From an uncultured virus (IMG/VR IMGVR_UViG_3300035208_006940) (Duplodnaviria; Heunggongvirae; Uroviricota; Caudoviricetes), in IMG/VR virus record IMGVR_UViG_3300035208_006940: a stretch of DNA of 64,000 nt, one strand, 5' to 3'. Below the pieces are notes generated by a model. That model ran no database searches, had not been told where the DNA came from, and saw only the letters and a list, made by a program, of their open reading frames with translations. Every line of letters starts with the position of its first letter. The first letter of the stretch is position 1. The translations under genes and the position numbers were made by a program. This document shows positions 1 to 8,721 of the stretch, in pieces.

Positions 1-250
1 ACCAGGACCGCCAGGACCGCCAGGACCGCCTACGCCAGGACCGGCTGGCCCGCAGGGACCTCCGGGAACGCCAGGAGGCCCAGGCCCCCAAGGCCCTGTA
101 GGGCCGACAGGCCCCACCGGTCCTGCCGGTCCGACAGGCCCAACGGGTCCACAAGGTCCAGCCAATGGTCCCTCAGGTCCCGCAGGTCCGCAGGGGCCTG
201 AGGGACCGGAAGGTCCACGGGGACCCGGCGGTCCGCAAGGTCCGAAGGGC
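1..250 (+). repeat. 9-nt periodic GGN-CCN-NNN repeat encoding collagen triplets
   Basis: caggaccgc tandem units and a GGNCCN pattern throughout. Confidence 0.9.
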
Positions 251-670
251 GACAGCGGCATGGGCAGTGGTAGCGGAAAGTCCGCCATCGTGGCCTACAC
301 GCCGGAAAATGGCGAAGAGCAGTACGTTGGGATGATGTGCGTGGAAATGCCCGAGACACGGTTCGAGGACACGGTGCACGCGTTCATCTGTCACCGCGGT
401 ACTGTGGCACTGGATGCGTGCTTCGTGGCCATTTGCGAGCCGGACTCGTTCGAGGTCGTGGGCCGCAACACGTCGCACCCGATTCCGCTGGGCGTATCGC
501 TGCGAGGGACCGACGTGCAATTGGAACTGGCGTACCGTGCCGAGACAGTGGTGCACGTGACCGTGCGTGTGAGCGGCATCCGTAAGGGATCTGCTGGTCG
601 GTTCCGCCAGTTCACCAAGGAGCAGATGGAACGCAACGAGGCGTTCTGGAGACAGGCGCGTGAAGACTGA
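2..670 (+). CDS. Collagen-like (Gly-X-Y repeat) protein, 5'-truncated; probable tail-fibre or virion appendage
   Basis: Frame from position 2 reads [22 protein letters not shown]...[10 protein letters not shown] and runs without a stop into ORF 260..670. Confidence 0.85.
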   Translation, partial: PGPPGPPGPPTPGPAGPQGPPGTPGGPGPQGPVGPTGPTGPAGPTGPTGPQGPANGPSGPAGPQGPEGPEGPRGPGGPQGPKGDSGMGSGSGKSAIVAYTPENGEEQYVGMMCVEMPETRFEDTVHAFICHRGTVALDACFVAICEPDSFEVVGRNTSHPIPLGVSLRGTDVQLELAYRAETVVHVTVRVSGIRKGSAGRFRQFTKEQMERNEAFWRQARED

Positions 671-1673
671 GAAGCGGTTCTACCTGGCATTCAGAGTGCC
701 CGTGGCACCCGGCGACATGACCATGGTCACCGCTCTCGTTCGCGACCTCAAGCTCACCTACGGTGACCGCTACGCCATCGACGTGCAACAGAAGTTTCCG
801 GCGGTCTGGCGGAACAACCCGCATCTGACACCACTCAACCGCCGCGATCCTCAAGTACGCACGATCTACCTCGACTACCGCAGCTCGCTCAAGCTGCCGC
901 AAGAGGGAAAGCTGGTGCACTATGTCTCCGCGTTCCATCGCATCTTCGAGGCGGAGACCAAGATCCATGTCCCGTTGCTGTTCCCCAAGCCGGACTTGCA
1001 CCTGAGCGAGGAGGAGAAGAGCACGCCGCTGATCTCTGGTCGCTACTGGATCGTGGTTCCCGGCGGCAAGTTGGACATGACCAACAAGTGGTGGCCGACG
1101 GAGTACTGGGAGGAAGTGATCCAGAAGCTACGGCCATGGGGTCTGCGATTCGTACAGGAAGGGGCCGCCAAGAAGCTTCACGAGCATGCTCCCGTACACA
1201 ACGTGCTGAACATGGTGGGGCTCACAGGGCAGCGCGACCTGATGCGCAACGTCTACCACGCAGAGGGTGTGATCTGTGGCGTCAGCTTCCCGATGCACCT
1301 GGCAGGAGCCTTTGACCGTCCTTGCGTCGTGATCGCGGGCGGTCGAGAAGAGCCCTGGTGGGAAGCATACTGCAACGACTTTCGGGCTTTCGGCCCGCAG
1401 TGTGCCCCGGTTAAGATGCCGCATCAGTTCTTGCACACGCTCGGGCAGCTGCCCTGCTGCGAACACAAAGGGTGCTGGCGACGTCGCGTAGTTCCCCTGG
1501 GCGACGACCGGCCCAAGTACGATGAGGACCTCTGCTACCGTCCGTTGCTTGAATTCACACCACCCCGGCCGACGTGCATGGAGATGATCAAGCCAGGACA
1601 CGTCATGAACGCCGTGATGCGGTACTATGAGGAAAAGTTCCTGCCGCCTCCCCTAGCCCACGCACAACCATGA
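660..1673 (+). CDS. Glycosyltransferase family 9 (heptosyltransferase-like, GT-B)
   Basis: [16 protein letters not shown]-terminal motif and [23 protein letters not shown]-terminal motif; Cys-rich tail. Confidence 0.85.
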   Translation: MKTEKRFYLAFRVPVAPGDMTMVTALVRDLKLTYGDRYAIDVQQKFPAVWRNNPHLTPLNRRDPQVRTIYLDYRSSLKLPQEGKLVHYVSAFHRIFEAETKIHVPLLFPKPDLHLSEEEKSTPLISGRYWIVVPGGKLDMTNKWWPTEYWEEVIQKLRPWGLRFVQEGAAKKLHEHAPVHNVLNMVGLTGQRDLMRNVYHAEGVICGVSFPMHLAGAFDRPCVVIAGGREEPWWEAYCNDFRAFGPQCAPVKMPHQFLHTLGQLPCCEHKGCWRRRVVPLGDDRPKYDEDLCYRPLLEFTPPRPTCMEMIKPGHVMNAVMRYYEEKFLPPPLAHAQP

Positions 1674-2707
1674 AGCCCATTGGATCCGCCGACTCTCCTT
1701 ACGACCTGCCGCCCACGGGCAAGTTCCCAGCGATCTGCCCACGTTGCGGTACCAGCCTGGCCCAGTTCATCGCGGGCGAGCCCTTGCCGCCGTCTTTGCC
1801 TGCGTCAACACTGCAGACGTTACCGCATCCGCCGGAGCCCGGCGACCTGTACGTACCCCCGGAGCCTCGGCTAGTGAATCCGACGGAGCTGATGCGAATA
1901 GGTGCGGTCACAGCTCCGCCTGCACCTGTGGCGCATCCAACCGCGAGCACGTTGTCGGTGCTGGACGATCCCAAGATCGGTGGCAAGGTGACGATCTGTG
2001 TGCTGTTGTTCGGGGCACACCACAATCTGCACCGGCGATGCTTGAACTCGATCATGACCACGGTGCCGCCTTCGCGGATGGACCTGCGCGTGGCCACAAA
2101 CCAGGTAGCCCCAGAAACTGTCACGTATCTGCAGACACTGCCCATCACCAAGGTGTACGCAGACACGCGGGCACGCCGCAAGTACCCTGCGATGCGGGAG
2201 ATGTTCTGGGACCCGGTGTTGCCTATCAACACGCAGTGGTTGATATGGTTCGACGATGACACATGGGTGCGGCCCGAGTGCAGTCGCTGGCTCTCCCTGC
2301 TCGGTGACGCCATCGTGAGCGACCCGGACCCCTTGCTGGGTATGCTGGGCATGCGACGGCAGCACCCTCTGATTCATGCGAGTCCTCGTCGCGACCCGCG
2401 TCAGTGGTTTCGGTCCGCGACCTGGTGGCGCAACCGCTCGATGCGCGACGCAAAGGGCAATCCGATACCCAACGGCTCGCGAATTCATTTCTGCCCCGGC
2501 GGGTTCTTTGCCTTGCGCGTGGACGCGATGAAAGCCTGCGACATCCCCGACACGCGGCTCTGTCATAACGGCGGCGACATCGTGATCGGGGAGCAGCTGT
2601 GGCAGGGCGGGTTCACGTTGCGCAGCTTCAACGAGGAGAAGAGCGTGGTGGCCCAGAACGACTCACCTCGCCGCGGTTTCCGCGAACGGTTCCCCTTCTA
2701 TGTCTGA
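1670..2707 (+). CDS. GT-A / family 2-like glycosyltransferase with Pro-rich N-terminal extension
   Basis: KVTICVL..RCLNSI, WFDDDTW DXD motif, GGFF, HNGGDIVIGE; ATGA coupling to the GT9 gene. Confidence 0.75.
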   Translation: MKPIGSADSPYDLPPTGKFPAICPRCGTSLAQFIAGEPLPPSLPASTLQTLPHPPEPGDLYVPPEPRLVNPTELMRIGAVTAPPAPVAHPTASTLSVLDDPKIGGKVTICVLLFGAHHNLHRRCLNSIMTTVPPSRMDLRVATNQVAPETVTYLQTLPITKVYADTRARRKYPAMREMFWDPVLPINTQWLIWFDDDTWVRPECSRWLSLLGDAIVSDPDPLLGMLGMRRQHPLIHASPRRDPRQWFRSATWWRNRSMRDAKGNPIPNGSRIHFCPGGFFALRVDAMKACDIPDTRLCHNGGDIVIGEQLWQGGFTLRSFNEEKSVVAQNDSPRRGFRERFPFYV

Positions 2708-3077
2708 GCCCAGATCCGACAAGGTGTTTCGTCTGGACGTGCCCGGGATCGTGCAGCTCCTGGGCTGTCCTGATTTCTATGTGGCCTGCCCGGCCTACTT
2801 CTATCTGCGCGCCCAGGGCCTGGAGACGTATCGGCGGCACATGCGAGCCATCGCGACTCGGGGCACCCCGGACCACGTTCCTGAGTGGGACAACCTGCGG
2901 ATGTTCGGGCCGTTGCTGGGGTCGTTCGTCAAGCACACGATTGCGATGCACGAGACAGACCCGGCGATGCTGGAACCGTTCTACGCGTACCTGACGAAGA
3001 AGCTGGGCTACCGGCCCACGGCGGTTCTGCTAACATACAGAGACGGCAAGGAGAGTAACGAGCTTCTGCTGTACTGA
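2700..3077 (+). CDS. Hypothetical protein
   Basis: Overlaps upstream stop; weak similarity to 3543..3857. Confidence 0.6.
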   Translation: MSEPRSDKVFRLDVPGIVQLLGCPDFYVACPAYFYLRAQGLETYRRHMRAIATRGTPDHVPEWDNLRMFGPLLGSFVKHTIAMHETDPAMLEPFYAYLTKKLGYRPTAVLLTYRDGKESNELLLY

Positions 3078-3093
3078 GTGCAAGGAGGCACGC

Positions 3094-3540
3094 ATGTCCA
3101 GTCGGGGAATCACGCTGCTGCTGCAGCCCCAGGAACGCGTCTACGTCCCCAATCGCGGCGAGGGTTTCCGGCTCCGCGTCACAGCCACAGACGCTGTGGA
3201 CATGCCCGCGGAGATCTTCCTCCATCAGACGCGACTGGTCGATCCAGTGGAAGCAGTGAGCGGCGATGAGTTCATGTGCATCTGCTCGCCCTTCGACCTC
3301 ACCATCTACCCGGCCCAGGAGCCCGACCTGCTCCAATTCCCGCAGTTCTTTCGCAAGAGCGTGCTGGACGTCATCCTGCCCTCGCAGGCGGTGGCCGAGG
3401 AGAGCTGGCTGGCGATCTACGGCGAGGTCAATGGGCTGATCGAAGCGCTTAACAAGCTGGAGTATCTGTTGCCCGGTGAGTCTGTACGCTGTGGCGAGCC
3501 GTTGGCTGTTGACGATTCCGAGTCTGTCACTGAGGACTGA
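3094..3540 (+). CDS. Hypothetical protein
   Basis: AAGGAGG RBS upstream of ATG; typical codon usage. Confidence 0.7.
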   Translation: MSSRGITLLLQPQERVYVPNRGEGFRLRVTATDAVDMPAEIFLHQTRLVDPVEAVSGDEFMCICSPFDLTIYPAQEPDLLQFPQFFRKSVLDVILPSQAVAEESWLAIYGEVNGLIEALNKLEYLLPGESVRCGEPLAVDDSESVTED

Positions 3541-3542
3541 GC

Positions 3543-3857
3543 ATGCCGCTGCCCAAAACACCCAACGTCGACTTGACGGACGACAACTTGGTCCGCATTA
3601 TGCGCGATCCGAACTTCACCATCGCCTTTCCGTTCCTGGCCACGGCGATGGCAAGGGCCCAGGGCACCACGAAGAAGTGCGGCGGGTGCGGACGGAAGAA
3701 AAGGGCCAACCGCCACATCGATTTCAACCTCATCCGGCGACAAATTGTGGAGCTGCCGGTGGCCGAAAAGGGTCGCATGAAGGCCCTGCTGAACACGAAT
3801 CAGGTGATTATTCACTACCTGAAGACCAACGGGCAGAAGCACAAAATTCGCTTCTGA
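3543..3857 (+). CDS. Hypothetical basic protein (CGGC motif)
   Basis: Operonic spacing and codon usage. Confidence 0.65.
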   Translation: MPLPKTPNVDLTDDNLVRIMRDPNFTIAFPFLATAMARAQGTTKKCGGCGRKKRANRHIDFNLIRRQIVELPVAEKGRMKALLNTNQVIIHYLKTNGQKHKIRF

Positions 3858-3899
3858 TTTTGGGCTAAATTCGGGGTCAAAACGGGGCATAATACCTTG

Positions 3900-4500
3900 G
3901 TCCCAGAGCTTATGTTCTGCGGGCCACTTCTAGGGGTGCTGGCAAAGGCTCTTCTCGCACCTCGCGCTGTCTACCGCGGCCTGCCAAGGCCAATGACGGC
4001 GCTTCTCGGCATCGGACAAGTCCGATGACCAAATATCCGGGGACCTCTGTGACAAGAGGCGGCCTGCTCAACGCAGGACGAACGGTTGCACACCGCCCCA
4101 ATCGAGCTGTGACTCAGCTCGTTCGGCCATTGTTTACGGGTCGGAACCCGCGAACAACTGGCAAGCCACGGACCGCAAGGACCCTGGCCCATCGAACGAC
4201 AGAGTACGAACCTCTTCGCGGGGGTCTCGATACAAACGTGCCATTCTGTGTGGTAGATCCGTCGGAAGCCCTCCATGTCCGCAAGGCTGGAGTATTGGCA
4301 ACATGAACTTCCGACGTTGTAAGAGCCAATCTACTGCACACACGTGATCAAAATGGGCCTCGGGAGGCCTCCCCGCGTTTATCTGGGGAGGACGTGGCGC
4401 CTGCGGAACCTTCGGACCGCTCCGACAAGAGGGGCGGTTGGAGGGGATGCTGCATGGAACACCCGCTCATGCCGGACAACCGGCTATGCGAGGAGCCAGG
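3900..4500 (+). ncRNA. Candidate large structured ncRNA (~600 nt), family unassigned
   Basis: ~700-nt gap between real genes packed with hairpins; 5'/3' end pairing 3947-3959 with 4487-4497; nested helices 4247-4258/4329-4340 and 4260-4268/4308-4316; CATAAT upstream; terminator downstream. Confidence 0.65.
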
Positions 4501-4512
4501 TAAGTGTGCTCA

Positions 4513-4545
4513 CCGGGCCGCGTAAGGGCCCGGGCTTTGTTTTTC
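4513..4545 (+). terminator. Rho-independent terminator
   Basis: CCGGGCC/GGCCCGG stem followed by GCTTTGTTTTT. Confidence 0.65.
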
Positions 4546-4574
4546 TGTTGTCCCCCTACTACAAGGAGCCAATC

Positions 4575-4853
4575 ATGGCTAAGAAGCAAGCTACCATCGT
4601 TGACGACATCAATGAAACCTGCTGTGCCGGGTTCGCCAAGGGCCGCGAGACGGCCGACGCGTACCCGATGCTGCCGTCATCGCTGTTCATCGGAGCAGCG
4701 GTGGTGGGCTACGTGACCGAGTCCGTGTGCCAGGTGGCCAACTGCGTGGCCGCGTTGTTCGAGAGCGAGGAGGAGCCGGTGCCCGTTGTGGTCGCTGCCG
4801 GTCCGATTCGCCGCGGCCGCGGCCCCGCCAAGAAGCGGACCAGCAAGGAATAA
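4575..4853 (+). CDS. Small hypothetical protein with a hydrophobic segment
   Basis: AAGGAG RBS then ATG at 4575 (MAKKQATIV), in frame with ORF 4344..4853. Confidence 0.7.
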   Translation: MAKKQATIVDDINETCCAGFAKGRETADAYPMLPSSLFIGAAVVGYVTESVCQVANCVAALFESEEEPVPVVVAAGPIRRGRGPAKKRTSKE

Positions 4854-4856
4854 GTC

Positions 4857-5075
4857 GGGGGACTTAGGCGGTAGAGCCCGCCGAGGTTCCCCACCAGGCC
4901 CTCGGCGGGCCACCCGCTTTCCCCTGCGGTCTTCGGACCGATGAAAACAACCCCCATGGGTTGACGTTTGTTCGCACCGCTCCTCCCCCGCCGGGCCAAG
5001 GAGCTGGTGCAGCAGACGTCGCCTGTGGGGGCTTGTTACACTGACTACTCTTCCTCATAGCTATGGACCTTTTTC
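4857..5075 (+). ncRNA. Second structured intergenic element starting with a CCA-ended minihelix
   Basis: GGGGGAC/GTTCCCC-ACCA stem, GGTC-TTCG-GACC, CAACCC/GGGTTG, GCTCCT/AGGAGC, ending in a T-run. Confidence 0.4.
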
Positions 5076-5088
5076 TTTAGGTATCAAG

Positions 5089-5664
5089 ATGCGAAGACGC
5101 CGCAAGGGGGGCAAAGACCCCGAACCACGGAAGCCTGCAAAGAAGTCGATCGAGCACCCGATGATTCTGGCCAGCGGTCCTTGTGGCATCGATCCGCCCG
5201 CGCACGCCACGCCCAGGTATCGGCACAAGGATCTCCTCCCCTACCCGTTGATGCGAGCCAGTGTGAACACAGAGGACGAGTCCACCACGGGCTGCCCGTG
5301 GGTCGACGAGAAGTACGGGCTGGAGTACATCCGCTACTGGGAGAACGCCAAAGTCCCGCCGACGTGGATGGACCCCGAGCGGTTCGTGCGGATGTGCCAG
5401 GCCGACCCAGCGATCAAAGCGATCCTGGCTCGGTGCATCAAACGGAACACGCAGCTGCCCGGCCGTAGAGAACTGCCCGCCGAGCTGGACCGGATCATGG
5501 AGGAGGTCTACTTGCCCCATGTGTTGCGGCTGTTCGAGCGGCACAAGTGGCTGCTGGCCCAGTGGCTGCTGGCCAATCATGCGGACAAGGTGCACCACCG
5601 GGCCGAGCTGGAGAAGGAGCGCAAGTACCGAAGAACCCTTGGTACGAGCGAGCCGGACGAGTAG
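5089..5664 (+). CDS. Hypothetical protein
   Basis: ORF with typical codon usage. Confidence 0.6.
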   Translation: MRRRRKGGKDPEPRKPAKKSIEHPMILASGPCGIDPPAHATPRYRHKDLLPYPLMRASVNTEDESTTGCPWVDEKYGLEYIRYWENAKVPPTWMDPERFVRMCQADPAIKAILARCIKRNTQLPGRRELPAELDRIMEEVYLPHVLRLFERHKWLLAQWLLANHADKVHHRAELEKERKYRRTLGTSEPDE

Positions 5665-5733
5665 AATAACGCCGTTATGACCGTCGCCCCAGGATCGGGG
5701 CGGAAAAGGATTTCCATGTGAAAGGAGTCACCT

Positions 5734-6063
5734 GTGGGACTGCAAGTCGTAGACGCATTTCAAGGAACGGACGGCGAGCTGCAAGGCACTGTGATCAAGG
5801 GGCAGGCCGGAACGGTCTGTTTGAAGAGCACGATGGTCAAGCAGGCAGAATTCCCCCGCGCGATCGACGAGCTGCGAAGCTCGGCGGCCAAACAGGAAGC
5901 GCTCGTGATCGCCGCCCAGCGGGGCGTGGCCGACCCGCGGATCAACGGCATGTCGTTGGCCCCGTATCCGGTTGACGCGCAAGGCAACAGCATCACCAAC
6001 CCACTCGTCCAGAAGACGGCCGAGTACCGAGTGGACATCCCCGTCACAGGACGCTTGGTGTGA
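5734..6063 (+). CDS. Hypothetical protein
   Basis: AAAGGAG RBS before GTG. Confidence 0.7.
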   Translation: MGLQVVDAFQGTDGELQGTVIKGQAGTVCLKSTMVKQAEFPRAIDELRSSAAKQEALVIAAQRGVADPRINGMSLAPYPVDAQGNSITNPLVQKTAEYRVDIPVTGRLV

Positions 6064-6623
6064 TCGTCGAACTGCCCACCATCAGCGAACTGCAGCACCT
6101 GCTCCACGCTCTACCACGGGACCAGTTCAATCGCACCGCGCGTTCCGTGTGCCGACTGGATCCCGACAAGGTCGCGGAGCAGGTGAGCAGTTGGGCGCTG
6201 TTGGCCTTGGAGCTTGCTGATGTGATGGCCGTGGTCACACCGCTGGGCGAGATGGAGCAGACGCTGCTGCTTCAGCAGATGGAGCCTTGCCTTACTCGGC
6301 AGCTGGAGCAGCTGTTGAAGGTCCAGGACGAGCCCGTCTTCACCGTGAGGCCGTGCTTACTCTCGCTGGCCGAGCTGCGATACGCGGCATGGCCGGACGT
6401 GGAGCAAGACAGCTTGTGGGACACCAAGGAAGCCAAGTGGATTCCCCGGCTGCCGCGGCCTCCTTTGTATTTCTCAGCAATCGACGTCAACGCGGTGTTT
6501 CTGTTCAACCGCACCCAACTGCTCTGTTCGCGACAGGCAGGCGCAATGGTAAAGGCACGGAGGCCTGACTATGCCGATAGGGATGGACGCCCGGAAGAAC
6601 ATCCGCCAGCTGCTGACGGATGA
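6060..6623 (+). CDS. Hypothetical protein
   Basis: GTGA overlap with upstream stop. Confidence 0.6.
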   Translation: MIVELPTISELQHLLHALPRDQFNRTARSVCRLDPDKVAEQVSSWALLALELADVMAVVTPLGEMEQTLLLQQMEPCLTRQLEQLLKVQDEPVFTVRPCLLSLAELRYAAWPDVEQDSLWDTKEAKWIPRLPRPPLYFSAIDVNAVFLFNRTQLLCSRQAGAMVKARRPDYADRDGRPEEHPPAADG

Positions 6624-7269
6624 GACTACGTTTGCCACGACGCTTCTCGTGCTGCTGCTGGACATGTATGGTCCCGATGCACTGGAATGGGACCCCCAGA
6701 CAGTGGTGCTAGAGTTCGCGGACGACTTCGGCGTCGAGCTTTCCCGTGAGAACCTCGACAAGCTGATGACGGCCCGGGAGATCTTCACCAGCGACGATTT
6801 CTTCCGCCGCTTGCCGATCTTCGTCCAGTTCTGTAACATCCTGGCTGGCGACGACGTCCGCCCGGACATGTTCAACCCGGCCGACGCGGCCGAGTGCGCC
6901 TGGGGAATCGTGGAGGGGCTGCTGATCTGCCCGCCGGAAGATGACGAGCCTTTTTGTGATGAAATCCGGTACTACGTCGGCAAGGCTCTGGACGATGAGG
7001 GCATCAAGAACCCGCCCGACGTCCTCCGCATTGCTCTGTACGCGTCCGACGGGGAGCCCAGCAGCGAAGCGGATTTCGGCAGCATGTCGCTCACTGATCC
7101 AGCAATGTTCGGCGGCGAGTTCCAGATACAGCAGTCTAAGGCCGATGAAATCTCTCGGATGATCAAGGAGAACCTGAACGACCTGATCCGACAACTGCAC
7201 TCCCTGCCCTTACAAACCGGACGCACGGAGGCGTTGCTGGAGAAGATCCAGGCTCAAGGCTGGCGGTAG
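6571..7269 (+). CDS. Hypothetical acidic phage protein
   Basis: GGAGG RBS; long ORF. Confidence 0.7.
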   Translation: MPIGMDARKNIRQLLTDETTFATTLLVLLLDMYGPDALEWDPQTVVLEFADDFGVELSRENLDKLMTAREIFTSDDFFRRLPIFVQFCNILAGDDVRPDMFNPADAAECAWGIVEGLLICPPEDDEPFCDEIRYYVGKALDDEGIKNPPDVLRIALYASDGEPSSEADFGSMSLTDPAMFGGEFQIQQSKADEISRMIKENLNDLIRQLHSLPLQTGRTEALLEKIQAQGWR

Positions 7270-7292
7270 ATATTCCGCACGTAAGTAATTTC
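7270..7292. promoter_or_regulatory. Copy 1 of a 23-bp quasi-palindromic site (core CGCACGTA)
   Basis: atattccgcacgtaagtaatttc; related copies at 25666, 31683 and 55438. Confidence 0.55.
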
Positions 7293-7294
7293 GC

Positions 7295-7320
7295 AGGGCC
7301 CCTTCACCGGGGCCCTTTCC
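7295..7320 (+). terminator. Hairpin, possible terminator
   Basis: AGGGCCCC/GGGGCCCT stem with a short T tail. Confidence 0.45.
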
Positions 7321-7338
7321 ATGCGCAAGGAGCACGCG

Positions 7339-7446
7339 ATGAGTAGTGACGAGGGTGGCGGCTGCTGTGGCTGCCTGCTGTACGTGATCGGGATCTTGGC
7401 GGCCCTGGCCGTGATCAAGCTCCTGGTGAAGTTCCTGCTCTGGTGA
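7339..7446 (+). CDS. 35-aa membrane peptide (not in ORF track)
   Basis: AAGGAG RBS; MSSDEGGGCCGCLLYVIGILAALAVIKLLVKFLLW. Confidence 0.6.
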   Translation: MSSDEGGGCCGCLLYVIGILAALAVIKLLVKFLLW

Positions 7447-7449
7447 ACC

Positions 7450-7620
7450 ATGATCGTGACGTTGTCCCTGAAAGAGCTGGCGACGGTCCTGGCTGCTCTT
7501 CGGTACTGGCAACAGGACCTGGCTGCGAACCCCGAGGGCCCTATCTCGGAGCACTTCGAGCGATTCAGACCGTTGACTGTCGAACAGATCGACAGGCTGT
7601 GTGAGCGATTGAACAACTGA
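7450..7620 (+). CDS. 56-aa hypothetical phage protein (not in ORF track)
   Basis: MIVTLSLKELATVLAALRYWQQ...QIDRLCERLNN; resembles the C-terminus of 23021..23629. Confidence 0.7.
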   Translation: MIVTLSLKELATVLAALRYWQQDLAANPEGPISEHFERFRPLTVEQIDRLCERLNN

Positions 7621-7656
7621 ACACGTAACCTGTTTCATTCTCCCAAGGAGGCCACA

Positions 7657-7983
7657 ATGGCCGTGACGAAAGCCCCCAAGAAGCGCGAGACCAAAGAAGC
7701 TGCCATGAGCCAGGACATTCCCGCGGAAGTCCTCGCCGAAATCGCCACCAAGGTCGGCCAGCTGGATGGGCTGCAGAAGTCCGTAAAGCTGATGTATGAA
7801 CAAATGGACCCCTTGGAAGCTCGACTCATCGAGCTGCTCAAGGACAAGCCGGACGGTGTGACGCTGGCCGACGGTCGTACGGCGAAGCTCAAGGACAACT
7901 TCATCGATCCCAAGACCGGGCTGCCCCGCAACAAGGCCTTCAAGGCCGCCGGAGTCAACCACTACGAGGTCGAACTCAAGTAG
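7657..7983 (+). CDS. Hypothetical protein
   Basis: AAGGAGG RBS; strong codon bias. Confidence 0.75.
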   Translation: MAVTKAPKKRETKEAAMSQDIPAEVLAEIATKVGQLDGLQKSVKLMYEQMDPLEARLIELLKDKPDGVTLADGRTAKLKDNFIDPKTGLPRNKAFKAAGVNHYEVELK

Positions 7984-8155
7984 TGGACGCTCAGATCATT
8001 CAAGCAGGTGTCGGACCGGGACACCCCAAGTCCACGTGCGACGGCTGCGGTCGCCCTGTTACCAGGGAGGAAGCCGTCGCAACTTGTACCGACACTCGGT
8101 ACGTGACCCTCTGTCCCGCTTGCTATCGTCGAGCAGGCAACACCGTGAGGTGACC

Positions 8156-8344
8156 ATGGCTGAATACCGTTGTCGCGTTGAGATCGACGTCGACGCAAAG
8201 AGCCCCCAGGAAGCAGCGAGAACAGCCTACGAGCTGCTGACAAATCCTGAAGCGATCCCTTGGATCGTGGAGGTCTTTTCCGATGACCAGGGGCCGCCGG
8301 TTGAAGTCGACCTCGACCCGCTGTTGAACAAGGAGCCGGGCTGA
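8156..8344 (+). CDS. Hypothetical protein
   Basis: GAGGTG RBS; MAEYRCRVEIDVDAKSPQEAA. Confidence 0.7.
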   Translation: MAEYRCRVEIDVDAKSPQEAARTAYELLTNPEAIPWIVEVFSDDQGPPVEVDLDPLLNKEPG

Positions 8345-8721
8345 TGACCAAAAAGCCACCCAAGGCAGGCGACGCGGCAAAGGAACTGGTGGCGTTGATT
8401 CAGTCGGACTTGGAACAGCAACCTGCCCTGGGCAAACGTATCATCGTCAACGAGCTTCTGCGATTGCTCGCTCCGCCTGACCCGCCGACCGACAAGCCCG
8501 ACCCGTTAGCGCCGATGACCGACGTCGAAGCCAAGTACTTCGGCGAGAAGGAGATGCAGTACGGGAAGCACGCGGGGGCCAAATACCGAGACATCCCGTT
8601 GCACTATCTGGCCTGGCTGGCCGACGAAAGCAAGCGAACCTGGCAAACGCTGACACGCTACTTGAACAGTAGCCAAGTCCAACGCGAGTGGGACGCAGAA
8701 GTGACTGAGGAGCGACCATGA
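8344..8721 (+). CDS. DUF3820 / exonuclease-X C-terminal-like protein
   Basis: MQYGKHAGAKYRDIPLHYLAWL motif. Confidence 0.7.
   Translation: MTKKPPKAGDAAKELVALIQSDLEQQPALGKRIIVNELLRLLAPPDPPTDKPDPLAPMTDVEAKYFGEKEMQYGKHAGAKYRDIPLHYLAWLADESKRTWQTLTRYLNSSQVQREWDAEVTEERP

Noticed and set aside
4025..4306. 93-aa ORF, and the 5' extension of ORF 4344..4853, inside the structured region
   Set aside because: No RBS, atypical codon usage; the extension crosses a terminator, and a good RBS marks 4575 instead
3900..4500. RNase P RNA, tmRNA or group I/II intron identity
   Set aside because: No GAGGAAAGTCC, no tRNA-like ends with a T-loop, no domain V or P7 consensus recognised, and no interrupted host gene; left unassigned
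4857..4896. Complete tRNA gene
   Set aside because: Only 40 nt, with no anticodon or T arm; reported as a minihelix instead
4925..4975. Hammerhead ribozyme around CCGATGAAAAC
   Set aside because: Lacks the CTGANGA...GAAA core arrangement
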